DNA of 64,000 nt. Source: Curvularia clavata (Eukaryota). The position numbers and the translations under genes are program-made. The first letter of the stretch is position 1; the number at the start of each line of letters is the position of its first letter. The notes under the pieces are model-generated. The model saw only the letters and a program-made list of their open reading frames with translations, searched no databases and was not told the DNA's origin. Shown here one piece after another: positions 11,754 through 25,492 of this stretch. Location of the stretch: contig CP089274.1 of assembly GCA_023920165.1 (NCBI GenBank), forward strand, positions 2,852,001-2,916,000, read 5' to 3'.

Positions 11754-13469
11754 GGTGATGGTTGATTGGTTGGGTTGGGTGAGAAGGTTAACTTGGTTGG
11801 TTGATAGTGTAGATGAGCGAATTCAAGAGCGCGATGAGGCCATCAGGGTGCCGAGAAGGGACACACTTATATAGACCCCCCAGCTCCGTTGGAACCTTTA
11901 CTTTACTTCAGCTTCGCACCCTCCCACGCAAGCCCCGTCTGAGTGGATGGCCGCCCTGTGGGGTGTGTCATGCGCGACTTGTGCGGCCGCCCAGGATGCG
12001 CGGTGGGGTTGTGCGTCCAACGAGTGACATATCGATGATACTGGATTTGACCCCTCCTTTTTCAGCTACGCAACCCTAGGCCGGTAACCCTCACCGTTTT
12101 ACCCGTACAGGAAGACTTGGAAAGGGGACAGATCGGGAGATCTGCTTGGTAGACGGTCATATGTCGGCCCCGGGTGGGAAGTGATTGGACGGCACTACAG
12201 CATGCTAGCATGAACGGCCTCCCACTCGGTGTTGGGAAGGGACTTGGTCGGATAACCGCTTCAGGCGACGAGCCACTCGCACAAGTCGCGCAGTCCCCGA
12301 TGGCCTTGGTCTGGGACTGTACATACGGAGGGCTCCGCTAATACGGCATTTGCCTCACTTGTCGCTGGTAGCCTGACCACTCGATTGTCCCGACAGCCCG
12401 GACTTGGCTTCTCACCTGGGAATGTCTTCTGCTGTACCATCTGCGACTTGACACCATGAGTACACGTAAGAAGGCTCGCAGGTCCTATTTGTTCAGGTAG
12501 CTCATGGGACGGCACGGCCGTGGACGTGGGATCAAGCTTGGCTGATCATTCTTCCTATCGAGTATTTTACGTCTCGGCTGATTACTGGCTGTGGACGTAT
12601 TTGTATATGTGTGTATACTATCCCTTTACCTGCACATGTGAGAGCCCCGCTCTTGCGTCTCGCCGGAGACCGTATCTGTATGGCAGATCGGACAATGCGA
12701 GACATACATAGACGCATAGAAAAGCAGCAGAGTATGCTACGTTCCCATTGCAGTCTAATCAACCTGTCATTTTCGGCATAGAAGACTCGGTGCTTCTAGA
12801 GTACAGATGTACATGCGCACGTGGTGACGTCGTGCCGGAATCTAGATGTCACCCCGCGTGGCTGGATCGCGTCTAGTCTGTCTCGAGATACTATGGCTTC
12901 ACCTGCCGGCCAATCACGGCAGTGCTGTCGGGAACCAAGTACAGAATCACGTGTATAAGCCTGTCGTACTTCTGGCCCCTATAACTCATCAAGACAAAAG
13001 AACCATTTGATGCCAAGTCGTATCTTTAGTAGCACCTCACGGGAGGCCGCCAACATGTCCTCCCCACGTAAGATGTCTCAGAATATCACTACGCTGTTTC
13101 CGTTGGCCAATAAAGCTGTGTGACCATTATGGCTGAGCTGCAGTCGTCTGCATGTGATTGTTATTAGAAATGGACTAGGATCGAGGTTGTGGGAAAAAGG
13201 CCATAGTTTCCCAGTTTGTCCAAACAAGAGACGCCGAGCTGAAAAATGTCCGATATGTCTCCGGTTTCACAGTAAGTTTGTGTTTGCGTGTCACGGCCGT
13301 CGAATGATAGGAAAAGAGACATGGATGGGGAAAGAAGGTGACAGTGTGGGGCCTTACGCTGTGCTGGTCACTGGAATCTCGATATGTCATTGATGTGTGA
13401 CTGGACGACTGATGTCTGGATACTGCTAGAAAAGGACACTCCAGCACGACTTCACCTGATATCTTACAA

Positions 13470-15097
13470 TTACTCTTCCGCAATTGCACCCCAAGCGGTG
13501 ACATCTGGCCCGTGACGCATTTGAGGAGACGGCGAAATATCAGTCATGAGTTGCGCAGTGTCAAGCACAAGCTCATCGTCTCCGTATTGGCCGATAATCT
13601 GCAAGCCCACAGAGTTGAAGGTAGACTCAGGTCTTTCTGACGCCTTCGAATCTTCATCAGAACGTACACCCATCGGAACACTGACCGCGGGCAGTCCAGC
13701 CAGACTTGCGGGGACAGTGAATACATCATTCATGTACGAGTGGATCGGATCTTGAGTTTCCACCTCTGAGACTGACGGTGCCATTGATGGGGCTGTTGGA
13801 CATAGTATAACATCAACCCCTTCCTTTGCTTCTGAGGACATACTGTTCTCAAACAGCGGATTCGGCGTCGTGAATATCTTGTCAAAGTCTCGCTGCACCA
13901 GTCTGCGGACCTTTTGTGCTTGAATGAAATAGTTGTCAATAGCTTCAGCGCTCAATGAAAAGGCTCCAAGCAAGATTCTGCGCTGGACTTCAGGTCCAAA
14001 ACCTTGGCCGCGAGTTTTGGCGAACAGCACACTATCGGGCGTTCCGTCGATTCCCTCTGCCCTGTTGCCATAGCGGACTCCGTCATACTTTGCAAGGTTA
14101 CTAGATGCCTCGGCTGGGGCAAGCACGTAGTAAGCTGATAAAGCTTGTTGAGTTGTCGGTAGTCGAACGGGATGCAGACTGTGCCCACAATGCCACAATT
14201 GCTTCAGCTGCTGGATCCATGCTTTTCGAACAATGGGCTGCAAGGTGTTGATGTTGTATTCAAGGGGAATTCCAATCCTCAAGGAAGATGGTAGGCCTTC
14301 TTTACGTTTCCTAAAGCGTGCGCGCGTTGACTGAGGGATAGAAGTTGGGTCTTGCGCATCGTAGACATTTAGTTTGTCTGCATCCCGCGTCAGATATACC
14401 ACCCGCTTGATTCACGACTTGTACCCACCAAAGATAGTCCTCACATCCTCAGGGCTCCGCCCAAATATGCCAACAGTGTCTAGCGAGTTAGCGTAGGCGA
14501 TCACTCCCCATCTCGACAGTAGGCCATAACTTGGCTTGAAGCCAACCACGCCTGTGTATGAAGCGGGAAGTCGGACAGAGCCTCCAGTATCTGTTCCGAG
14601 CGCTCTGCTTGTCTCAATACATGTAGCTTGTTCTCGAAATGGTTGGAGACTTACCCCCAGCATTGCGAGCTCGCAACTGCAAGCGCACTCCCACCTGAGC
14701 TTCCTCCTGCAACCGAATCCTCGCCCTTGTATCTCTGCACTCTTACTGGACCAAAGTGCGAATGGATCGAATGCGAGCCCATGCCAAACTCATCCATGTT
14801 GGTCTTGCCCATCACCACCGCACCTTCATTTTGAAGAAGCTTCACTACCGTCGCATCGTATGGGCTAGTAAAGTTTTCCAAAATCTTGGAGGAGGCCGTC
14901 GTTTTCAAGTCCTTCGTGCAGATATTGTCTTTTATTGCGATTGGCTTATCCGCAATGGTGCTCGAGGAGGAATGCGATTCAGTGACATTGTCGCGGGCGG
15001 TAAGAACGGACGGTGCGACTAAGGAATTGAAAGCATTAAGGTGTTTATACTTTGATTGATTCAGCAGGTATGTCTTGGCATACTTGGAGAGTGACAT
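13470..15097 (-). CDS. HER2: Glutamyl-tRNA(Gln) amidotransferase subunit A, mitochondrial (GatA)
   Basis: Amidase signature [40 protein letters not shown] and [11 protein letters not shown]; introns approx. 14605-14654 and 14378-14428. Confidence 0.93.
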
Positions 15098-15812
15098 GGA
15101 GGGTGAGTCGCATCGCTGGCGCAGGCTGGAAGTCTGGAGGTGAGCGGGACAAAAAGTTGCCGCGACGTCATGTGGAGCTCTGACGATACGAAGACTGACT
15201 CGAGTCCTCTTACAGAAGATTGAATGCACGAAGCCTAGGCAGCACTTTGTACTTTCGAACAAGTAATATATCCCATGATTCGTTTGGGTCAGAATGGTCG
15301 CTAAAGAAGGCGAGATGAATAGCAAAGTAAGCAATTTCGTGCTGAGTTCATTCTACTAAAAAAACGAAGTGGTTATCTTGCGGTAGAGCTGTATATTTGT
15401 TGTACACGACCAAAAAAATACTAAGATTCAACACACTTACACTGCCTAATACGATATATTCGTTTAGCTTTAGCAATATTATCTAGATGCATCGGAGATT
15501 CGGTCCTACAAACTAATCCCGAATGGATAACATCATATTTCATGGGGAAGACGCCAAACCGGATACATCGGTTCCTTCGTACTTGGCATCCTCCAGTCCC
15601 ATATTGTAAACAGAAGAGGAGTGCTGCGAAAATGTGTGAGGGATCTTGGCAGATTGGTTGAGTGGTTGGGCCAATTCTGCAGTATAAGTATAGATGAACT
15701 TTGCTCAAATACACACAATTCCTCTTGTTACATACCCTCAAACCCCTATCGAAATCATACATAAAGACCACTTTTCTACCGCAACGGCCCTCATTAGGTT
15801 ACGTGTCTCAGG

Positions 15813-16067
15813 ATGTTCAGCAATAAAAAATCCAAGCTTACAGAACATCGCTCGTCCAACGATGTCAACACAACACAGGTCGCTGTGAATTACGAAATTC
15901 ATGTGTCAGAACATAACGACGTCGAAAAAGGGTTTCAAAGCGCGAGGACAACATGGTGGCTTGAATTCCTTGGGTCAATGTTAGCAACGTGGTTTGTTAT
16001 GTTTCTATACGACAAAGTCATAGGACTTCCTCGACGGCCTCGCACCGCATATGAAGCCCAGACATGA
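15813..16067 (+). CDS. Possible small membrane protein (84 aa)
   Basis: ATG-started ORF with DVEKG followed by a hydrophobic segment (WWLEFLGSMLATWFVMFLY) and a basic tail; no recognised family. Confidence 0.35.
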   Translation: MFSNKKSKLTEHRSSNDVNTTQVAVNYEIHVSEHNDVEKGFQSARTTWWLEFLGSMLATWFVMFLYDKVIGLPRRPRTAYEAQT

Positions 16068-16129
16068 TTAAGTGTATTCATTTCACTGTGGCTACGTTGC
16101 ATAATTCAGGAAGAAATGTAAAATTCAAC

Positions 16130-17892
16130 TCAGATGTCAAGGTGTTGTCTAATGTCATCACCAAGCCTCCACTCTTCATCCCGGACCATACGGTCAAGCG
16201 GACTTTGCACATCGTCCTCGTCACTTCTTCTCGTCCCGCTAGTCCCCGCATCACTAATCTCGGTGGCTCCGCTAACACTACCACTTGTGCTCTTGGTTCG
16301 TTTCTTTTTGAACCAGCTTCGTTTGCTCTTGGTGCTGGCAGCGTCGGTATCCGATGTTACTGATGCAGCGTATTCGCGTCCATCGCCATCGACTAGCGTT
16401 GGGTCTGTACTCAATGCGACGCTGAGGTTAGAAGAGAGTTTGCGGAGGTGATTGGTGTCGACATCGCTAGAATGGTCGGCTGGAGCAGGCCTGGGTGTAG
16501 GGATAGGCGTTGTTTCTGTGGAAGGGGTTGACTCGACGAGTTCGGCATCGCGGTACCATTTCCGACGACGAGTGTAGCGGCCCCAACCGTCTTGACCTCG
16601 TCGGCCATCTCTCCACTGCAAAAGGTTAGCATTTCTGTATTGCATAAGTAAGCCACATAGCGTACCTTGTTGTCGTAGTATATCCAACCTGACTCTTCCT
16701 TTGACACGCCCTTCTCTGCCTTGCCGTCTTTGCCACCACCGTCAATCTTCCACTCACTGCCCTGTACCCATCGCCATCTCGCGCCTCCACCCTCAACCTC
16801 GGGTAGTTCAAACTGCTCTTTCGGCGGCACGGGGTTCAGATGCTCGTCCGTCCATGATGCTCGCTCATAAGCAAGCATCGACGAGGTCCAACCGATGCCT
16901 AGCCACCTCCGCTGATTCTCATAGATGGAAAAGGTGAAGCGCACTCCTGTTGACTCTGGCCGGCGCTTAGCGGCGAGGGAGGCAGCCACTTCCTGTGTAC
17001 TCTTCTTTCGCGGTGGAAGAGGAGGTGCACCCTTTTGGTTGGCTGGCGTTATTTCACCAAAATCCAGTCCAGTGAGGAAAGCGCACGTCTTCCGGATGGT
17101 TCTCGATCTCCAGAGCAGTGTGCGCGTGACGCGAGCTGGTCGGGAATGCCAACTGAGCATCACTGTGCCTACTGCGAGCACAACTCTCTTTGTAGTGAGT
17201 ATGTAAAATGGCGGGAGCGTAAGGGCTATCCATAGCGGTAGTACAAAGAGTATGCGGATGAACAGCACGGTGAGTGCTGGTCGTGTTGTAGCCGATGTCG
17301 CAGTCCTCTGAGTAGAAAGGAAGTCTGTCAGGCGCAGAAATGGATCCAAAAGGATATTGCAGCGTGAAGTGAAGAGCTTCAGACTGTCGACAATCTCCTC
17401 CAGGCTCTTGTGGTGCTTGATGTTGGTGTCCGACTCGACCCGCTTATGCCCCGTCTGGCCTTTCTCGCCAGTCCACCCGGTGGATGACAGCGGAGAGTAT
17501 CTGCGCGTGTACATGCCTAGTATCAGGCCTGAAACGACGATGATGGGCCCAGCGTATCTCGTGACTGCATCGCCGTACATGACGACTGCCCAGAAGGCTG
17601 CCACCAAGAGAAAGCTCTCCCAAGGATCGCCTGTTGTCCATGTCACCAATCCGGCAAACTTGTTCAGTGGAAGTATGAAGGGATGCGAATATGCGAGAAC
17701 GCGTGTAATTTGCGGTGGGGTAGCAGCAAGTAGCGGGGATTTCTGGTGCACGAGTATGGCAGAGCGGCGCTTGGTCTGGGGCGTTGTCTGCCCTAGGTGT
17801 GCGGGAGAGAAGGAGGCATAGGTAGGCGGGTTTGGATCACCGGTCGATTGCGGAGACGACGCATCGTTACTGGACTTGTTCGGGGTGGACAT
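16130..17892 (-). CDS. Peroxin Pex23/Pex30-family protein (reticulon-like region plus DysF motif)
   Basis: Hydrophobic N-terminal half; YENQRRWLGIGW, WTDE, GWIYYDNKW and YTRRRKWYRDAEL; intron 16616-16665. Confidence 0.88.
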
Positions 17893-18630
17893 GTGCTCTA
17901 TCCAGGGAGTATCTACTCGAGTGTGAGCATGGTGGTTGCGCGACGATGTTTACTTGCAATCCGGTTGCGAGTGGTGAGGGAACCAACCTAGTGCGGCCAT
18001 GCATGGGGATGTGCGTCATCGCCCGGCGGCATGCAGATGAGGCTGAGTACCACGCTCTCGTCCACCCGCGCTCGAGGTGGCTATGTGGGTATAGAGTCAA
18101 GACGGCACTTGAGCAAGGAGAAGAACAGCCGGGCGAGGTCAAAAAAGTGTCATGCAGGCAACGCCCGTGGTACTGCGGCGGCAGAAGGTCATGGTCATCT
18201 CTCCGGCGGGGGCCTTTTGAGCATGTGAATGGCCTTAGTCCGAGGACGACGTGCGGGAGCCTTCTGGGCAGCCCTCGGCGATGGGCGCCGGGTAAACAAC
18301 CAGTCGGGCATGCTTACAAGGAAGACATGGCTTGTATATGCAAGCCTGGCCATTGCAACTACACTTGCAAGCATCCAACCGCACACGAACAATGGTTGCG
18401 GAGATTGGCAGTTTGCGATCGTGACGTGATTGGCTGCGGCGCTGTCGATCACGTGCAAGCCTCGGAAGCAGACCGAATCTGCGGAAGGCGACCCAGAAAT
18501 TTTGGAGACGCCCTCGTCGCCGACAGCACCCGCCACCAGCAAGCAGCAGACTAGCAGTCCTACGCCGTATAGTCTGAAAATAGGAAATCATCTTACTCTC
18601 TTCCCCGTCTTGCTTTCTGTCCCAGCGACA

Positions 18631-19088
18631 ATGGTACGATCCGCCCATGTCTTCACACCATCCCAAACTAATGCCTGCAGGCCCATCGCATAATAACACA
18701 AGTCGTCTTCTCCGGCGCCCGAATAATAGGTCGAGCCGTGTCCGAGTCGTATCGTCAAGCCGCCGCCTCCCAGAAATATGCAGCAGCCAACCAGGGCAAA
18801 AGTGGAGGCGCTTTCTCCTCTTCGAATATCACCATGGACGAGGCCTGCCAGATCTTGAATGTGGGGCCAGGAAAGATGGGAAACATTGAACCCGAAATAG
18901 TCACCGAACGATTCAAGAGACTATTTGACTTGAATGATCCAAAGAAAGGTGGCAGTTTCTACCTGCAGAGCAAGATTTTGAGAGCAAGAGAAAGGATCGA
19001 AAGAGAGCTACAAGGCCATCAGCGTGTTGCAGAAAGAGAAAAAGAGCTGAGAGAAGGCTTCAAGCCAAAATTCACAAAGGAGGATTGA
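18631..19088 (+). CDS. PAM16: Mitochondrial import motor subunit Pam16/Tim16
   Basis: ATG 18631, intron 18634-18680, then AHRIITQVVFSGARIIGRAVSESYRQA; MDEACQILNV and NDPKKGGSFYLQSK. Confidence 0.93.
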
Positions 19089-19790
19089 GGCGAATCCAGT
19101 TTAGATGAAGCGGTGGACACTTCGCAGCAACCTGCGCCCGCCATTGGGCTACCGGCGCTGCGACTGTGACCATTGAACCAACACTCATATCATTGCACAC
19201 GGTGACGAAGGGATGTCTTGTTGCATTTGAGCGGCGTTTGGCATAGCGTTTGAGCCTTCCCTGGGCACAGTACAGCGAAGGCGCTCTGTGGTTGAGGGTG
19301 TAGTTGGACTGGCACGAGTATGCTTTTACGTCTCTCCACTCTCGCATGTATATGTATTATTTTTCATAATGTTCGAATACTGTACCATTACATGTACCTT
19401 GCACCAACGACACAAGCAAATTTGTTATGTTATAGTACCAAATGCTTTACCTGTTACAATGTTTCAACGCCGAATTCGGCGCCTTTCCCAAGTATTATCT
19501 GGGGCTACCTCCATCCATGGAATATAGAGCCAGGACATGAAGTTGCGGTTTAACAATCATTGACTGAGCGGAGGTGGACGAGGGGCAGGCTGCTCCCCCC
19601 ACAACGACCGAGGTTCGCGCTAAGGGCTTGGCTTACAGCAGGACCGCCTGGCCACAAAACTTTCGCGCGCAAAGCCCTCTACCATTTGGCACCACACCAC
19701 TCGCTGTCAACTAACCACCCCCGCACACACACACAACCATCCTCACTGGCTGCGCGCAACCTTGACTATACTCAGGAGACGCGACACCAA

Positions 19791-21944
19791 ATGGTCGACT
19801 CATATCGCCCTGGGCGCGACCGCCCGCGATCGCTCGCCGACCGTATGACATTCACTGGTGGAAGCGGCGACAGTTATCGACCCGGCGCTGACAACGGCAA
19901 CCGTGACAACGGCGATCGCTCACAATTCACCTTCGAGTCAAACCACCCCGCTCCCCGCTTTCCGCCTTCTGGCCCCGCCAGCTCGCGAGGTCCCTCCGGA
20001 TCTGCAGCGTCTAGAAGACGCGGTCGCGGTGGGGCGTCGCGAGGTCCCTCTCGTGCTGATGGCAGGAATCATGCAAACGGCCATCGCAGAGCCCCCTTTA
20101 AGAAGGCTGCGCCTCACGAGCGTGCTTTGCTCCTGCATCGTGACAACCAGAGCCCTGAGCGCTCACTAGGTGTTGCTGCAAACTCCAACCGCTTTCAAAA
20201 CCCTGATGACCTGTCCGACGACGATGAAACCGACACGGGTGTAGAGAACGATGATTCGGCAGATGGCGACGCGTCACAGAGCAAGCCAAAGGCTACTCGC
20301 ACACAGTTCAAGCGTCCTGATGGCGACTCTGTCCCGAAATGGTCCAACCCAGACCCGTATACTGCACTACCCCCTCCTGATGAGACCACAGGAAAGAGGC
20401 TGGACGTTGTGAAACTTATCCGGAAGGCAAAGAACCAAGAGGCGGAGAAGGCTACCGGGCACAATTCCGTTGTTGCAAACGATGATTTCATTTCGTTTGG
20501 TTCTGACCATGAAGACGATGAGGACGACGAGGACGACGCCCGAAACGCCATACAAGGCTCATTGAATGATTTCACGCACAATGGCAGTAATTTCACTAGG
20601 AATAAGCAAGAAGCACCTGGGGCAGACCTTCGAGCACCCCGTGGCCCCAAAGCCAACAATAAGCGTAAAGCCATGGTAGGTGGCATTGTTGATGAGTGGA
20701 TGCCTACTCAGAACGGCAATGCGACACCTTGGCTCCCCTCACGTAATGCTTATGTGCATCTTGCGCGTGATCCAGAGAAGTGGTGAGTCGGTCACTTTCC
20801 AACGGCCGAGCATTTATTCAGAGCCCTGTGATTCCCACAGTGCCCAATGATAGCGACAGCCTTGCGCCATACCTTGAGATATTTGTATTGATCATATACC
20901 AGGCTTCACAACGAAATACTGGATTTCTATGATTTTGTTGCCCCAAAGGAGTTCGAACACGAACAACGCAACAGACTTGTCATCCGAGTTAACAATGCGC
21001 TGGGTCAACGCAGATTTCCCCAAGAGAACGGTCGCATCCTGTGTTTTGGTTCTTTCCCAGCAGGTCTGTATCTGCCTACTGCTGATATGGACCTGGTGTA
21101 CGTCTCCGATCGACACTACAATGGCGGCCCTCCTGTTGTCGACATGTCACAAAGGGGCGCTAACAAGAGCCTGCTATACAAGGCAGCCAACAGGCTCAAG
21201 AGCACAGGCATGGATGCCCATGGATGCCAAGTCATTCAAGCCAAGGTTCCTATCATCAAGTTCGTGGACAGGCTTACCCGACTCCAAGTTGACATTTCCT
21301 TTGAGAATCTGAGTGGAGTCCAAGCTCAGGCAACATTTGATGAATGGAAGCTGCAATACCCTGACGTGGTATACATGGTGGCGCTTCTAAAGCAATTTCT
21401 GGTCATGCGCGGACTGAACGAAGTGCACACGGGTGGACTTGGGGGCTTCAGCATCGTATGCTTGGTTGTCAGCTATATCCAGCATTCCAAGAAAGCAGAA
21501 AACCTTGGCGAATGCTTCATCGGATTCTTGAAGTATTACGGGGATTTCAATTTGGCTAGGAAACGCATCCAGATGCATCCACCAGCTATCGTCGAGAAGG
21601 TAAGCAATAATCCATGCTGTGGTGCCGGAGCATCCCCATGCATGTCGAAGCTCGTTCATGAAGCTGACCTATAACAGTCCAACTACGGAATCGACGGTCG
21701 CCCGGAAAAGCCCAACGGTCTTTCCATTCAAGACCCGAACCGCCCCGAGAACAATATCTCCGGTGGCTCTCACAGGGCTCAGGATGTTTTCGATGCCTTC
21801 AAAGAAGCCTACTACACGCTTGAAGATCGAATGAAGGCATGCCGCGCAGGCCAAGACATTGGAACGAGCATTCTCCAATGCATCTTAGGTGGCAACTACG
21901 AGACTTACATCCAGCAGCGAGAGCATCTGAGGTCTCTCAAGTAA
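19791..21944 (+). CDS. TRF4: Non-canonical poly(A) polymerase Trf4/Cid14 (TRAMP complex)
   Basis: WLHNEILDFYDFVAP, FGSFPAGLYLPTADMDLV, AKVPIIKF, GLNEVHTGGLGGFS and LSIQDPNRPENNISGGS; introns 20783-20902 and 21600-21677. Confidence 0.9.
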
Positions 21945-23096
21945 GGTTAAGTCATTGGATTCGATTTGGCCGCTTTCATTACATAGTGCCGTCGCTCACC
22001 AACGCACATCCCTCGCCCAAACTCCTTTTGATGAATGAGCCAGAAATATGGGGATATGATTGAGAAATGGCTGAAGGACACAACAATGTTATCTATACAC
22101 GGAGAATGCGGGATCCGCGGGTATTTGTCGGACGAATGCCCTTGTTCTTGGAAAACCAGAGCAATTCGGTGCAAGAGTAGGCGAGTATGAATGCCTTGGC
22201 ATGCTTTACTCACTCACTCTCTTTCCAAACAGGTTAGGGACTGCGTATTTTGTTTCAAGCATATAATGTTTACAATATGTGATACCCCTCGGAGTCAGCC
22301 TCGCAACAGGCGGCTTTAGGCGTTTGGCGAATTATGGACGGGTAATACTTCCGGCACGAACGGACAGACGGACGAACGGACGACCTCTCTTCCACTCGAC
22401 GAGCAGAAGTTTAGCTTCACGAGCGACTACGTAATAATCTCCGTATAGCACTTCCGGTTTCTGACAAAAAAGGTGTATGCCATCTGTCCGAAATCCGAAA
22501 AAGAGAGAAAAGAAAAGGAAACGAGGCTCGAACAGCACAAAGCATGTCTTATGAACAAATATGTTCTCTCCTACGTGTAACTCTTATCCAGGCTGTTTCT
22601 ATTAACCATTTTCTCTTTCTCTGTACTACTTAACTGTGGTGTGTTCCATGATAATCTGGTTTCTTTTCAGGTCCTCTTCCTTTCCTCTATCCATTCTAAC
22701 TCGAATTTTTGATCCATCTCGGGGTTTTCCTTCCCGGATGGAACAAACCATACTACTAATGATTAGAATTTCTTCGTTCCGCAGTAGCGGAAACTGTCAC
22801 CAGCAATGGGACGTCTTTTCTCATTGAGTCTGCAGGCTTCTAATGCATGCGCTTGAGGAAGAAAGACGGACTATTTGCTTGGAGAACGGCAAGTAGGAAG
22901 AGTCTTTTTTTCTTTTTTTGCACTGTTAGAACCTCTGTATATACCCATCTTATTACAATTATTGATGAGAAACTTTTTTCTTTAGTGATCGCTAAAGTAG
23001 ACGCAGAACTCAAAGTACACCAGGCTAGAAAGATTCAAACTACCTCCATCTCAACAAGTTACCAACCACATTCACCCCCACTCCCACATACGGCAT

Positions 23097-25492
23097 CTAC
23101 AGCTCCTTCTTCGTCTCGACAACTGTCTCGTTCTGGGCCTGCTCAATGAGCTTCCTTGCCACGGCTGCACTCTCCCTCCAGCTCCTCTGGCGCTCCCAGA
23201 ATCTAATCTCAGCCGTAGTCTCGCTCAGACTGCTTCTTCGCGCGTCTTCCTCGAGACTGCTCCTAGTGATCTCGCTGTCCTTTTCATTCAGCTTAGGCAT
23301 ATTCTGTAGCTGACTGAGGTTTTCTTCAAAATATTGCTTGCGAACAAGAAAACGCTCGCGGCGCTCCTTTTGCAGGCCTGGGGTGTCGAGCTTCGAAAGG
23401 ATGATGCGAACACCCCAGCGGAAGAGAATGAAGAGGTGTTCGGCAAAGAAGACAGTGAGAAGGAGGGCCCAGAGTTGGATGTTGCTGGGGCTGCCGTCGG
23501 GACCAGTGTTGTCGTTCCAGAACATGTAGACGAGAGCTGAAGTGGTAATGCTGCCGAGCCAAGTGAGGAAGGAGAGGGAGTCGAGCCAGGGACCAATAGT
23601 GTCGGCACGCCATGGTGTGGGTCGGCGCATCTCCACGCAGATCTTCATCGCGTCGGCACGGAGCTCAACCCAGTTGTTGATGAGGAATGATACAGCGGTC
23701 AGTGGCCAGACAACAGAGAAGAGTGATAGGTAACCAAATTGAACAACCATCTCGCGGAGGTCGGCAGTGACATCGTAGACTTCGAGCTCAGCCTCTTTGC
23801 GGACACGTTCGAGGAAAGCGGCGTCCTCAGGTGGGTCGTTGGCGGCAGCAGACGGTGCAGATCCGCCGTTCTTAGCAGCTCGTTCTGACTGCATCTCCTT
23901 GTACTTGTCAAGTCCGCGACGCTTGAGGTATGGGACGATGAGTTCCATGCCCAGGTTGACTACCTGAGCAGTCACAGTAAAGTAGATGACCTGTTTGCGA
24001 AGTCGATCAGGGTTGATGCTCCAGCTGGAAGCCTTTGATTCGAGATGGAGTTGCTTCTCATCCTGGGCAAAAGGTCGAACAGCGACATGGAAAACGTCCA
24101 AGTATGGCACGATGACCTTGCCAAAAGGAACGTAGACGAAAGCAGTCAAGAAGATACCCAGGTACGACATGATAAAGTTCATGACGAAGATCTTCTGGGT
24201 CAATGCTTTCTCGTACGCGGCATGGGTCTCATAGTTTTCAAACTGAGTCAGTTGTGTGGCAGCATGAGTTAAAAGTGTATTTAGGATAGGGTTGACCGTG
24301 GTGAGAATACCAGTAGGAATGAAGATCTGAGGATAATTAGCACAGGAACAGGAAGCAATTGGAGTGTAGTACTCACAAGGACGCTCTTGAGCGGTCCGTC
24401 GTACACTTCAGAAATGAAGACCTCAATACCGAAGCAAGTCGCAATGACTGCTCCAAGCGAGAAGGCCGCAACAATTGCAAAAGGAATTTGCAACAGCTGC
24501 CTCTGGAAGCGCTTGGATGTAGGAAAGAAACCAACCTGCTCGCCTGTGACGGGGTCCGTAATGGTCTTTTCGGGCGTGAAGTCTCGCTTCTTAACCTCGA
24601 TATTGGACACGCCCTTGACGCCCCAGCGAACGCTCAGGTCCTTCTCCTGATGCTTCCAGTACTCGGTGAAAACGGTGCACCACAAAGCACTTGCAAGAGC
24701 ATAAATGGGGGAGAAATAGCCAAGGAATAGCCATGAAAAGAGACCAAACCCAGCGGCCGGGATGAGGAAGGTAAAGTAGGATTGCGTGAAGGCGAAATAA
24801 AAGGCGATCTGTCCTTATCAGTCTAAAGATCACCCAAGACGTAACACAACAGCTTACCTTCTCTCCCATGCGATTGCGAATTTCATCCAAGTCTTCAGTG
24901 GTCAGGATGTACTGTGACGTCCACTTCTTGATCCAATCCTTGTTGTAGGCATGGTCGTGCAGGGCGAATATGGACTCGACATTCTTCCACTCGCCTTCCT
25001 TGGGTGTTATTCCAGCTCCTCCTTCTGAGGTAGGGTTTGTGATGAGCTGGTATATTATGCGCAGCCGTTCGGCCTCGTAAAGTGGTTCTGCTTCGAGCGA
25101 TTCACGAGTGACTTTTTCAGGGGCAGCAGATCGGACGCCATGGATCCAGTCACGGACTCTGCAAAGGGTCAACCATTGATCTATAAATGAGAGAATTAAT
25201 TTCACACACCTGGACCTGTATACCTCGCCAAACAAGTGCTCGTCAGAAGCAACCCTCACGAAGAGGAGAAGCGAGTGCGAGTCTCCATTGCGGACCTCCG
25301 TCTGCAGACCGACATTCGCAAGGGCCTCGCAAAGCTTCTCAAACTGCGCAGCCGCCTTGGCTTTGTCTGCATGCCCATCAGCTCGTTGCTTCATTCATCC
25401 CGCCCTGTTTGGAGCTTACCCGTGCTGGCGAAGCGGTAATTGATCACATAGTCGACATCGAGATTGGACTGTAGGGCGTTTGATTTGGCCAT
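23097..25492 (-). CDS. IST2: Anoctamin/TMEM16-family Ca2+-activated scramblase/channel (Ist2-like)
   Basis: Introns 25367-25419, 25159-25209, 24809-24857 and 24327-24376; EAERLR, IFALHD, GEKIAFYFAF, EMVVQFGY, NNWVELRADA and DTIGPW. Confidence 0.9.

Noticed and set aside
17832..18699. 240-aa and 154-aa ORFs between the Pex23-like gene and PAM16
   Set aside because: No domain signal; they span a divergent promoter
22200..23090. Possible ncRNA between TRF4 and IST2 (GGAC-type short repeats, A/T tracts)
   Set aside because: No box motifs, rRNA complement or convincing structure found; consistent with convergent 3' UTRs
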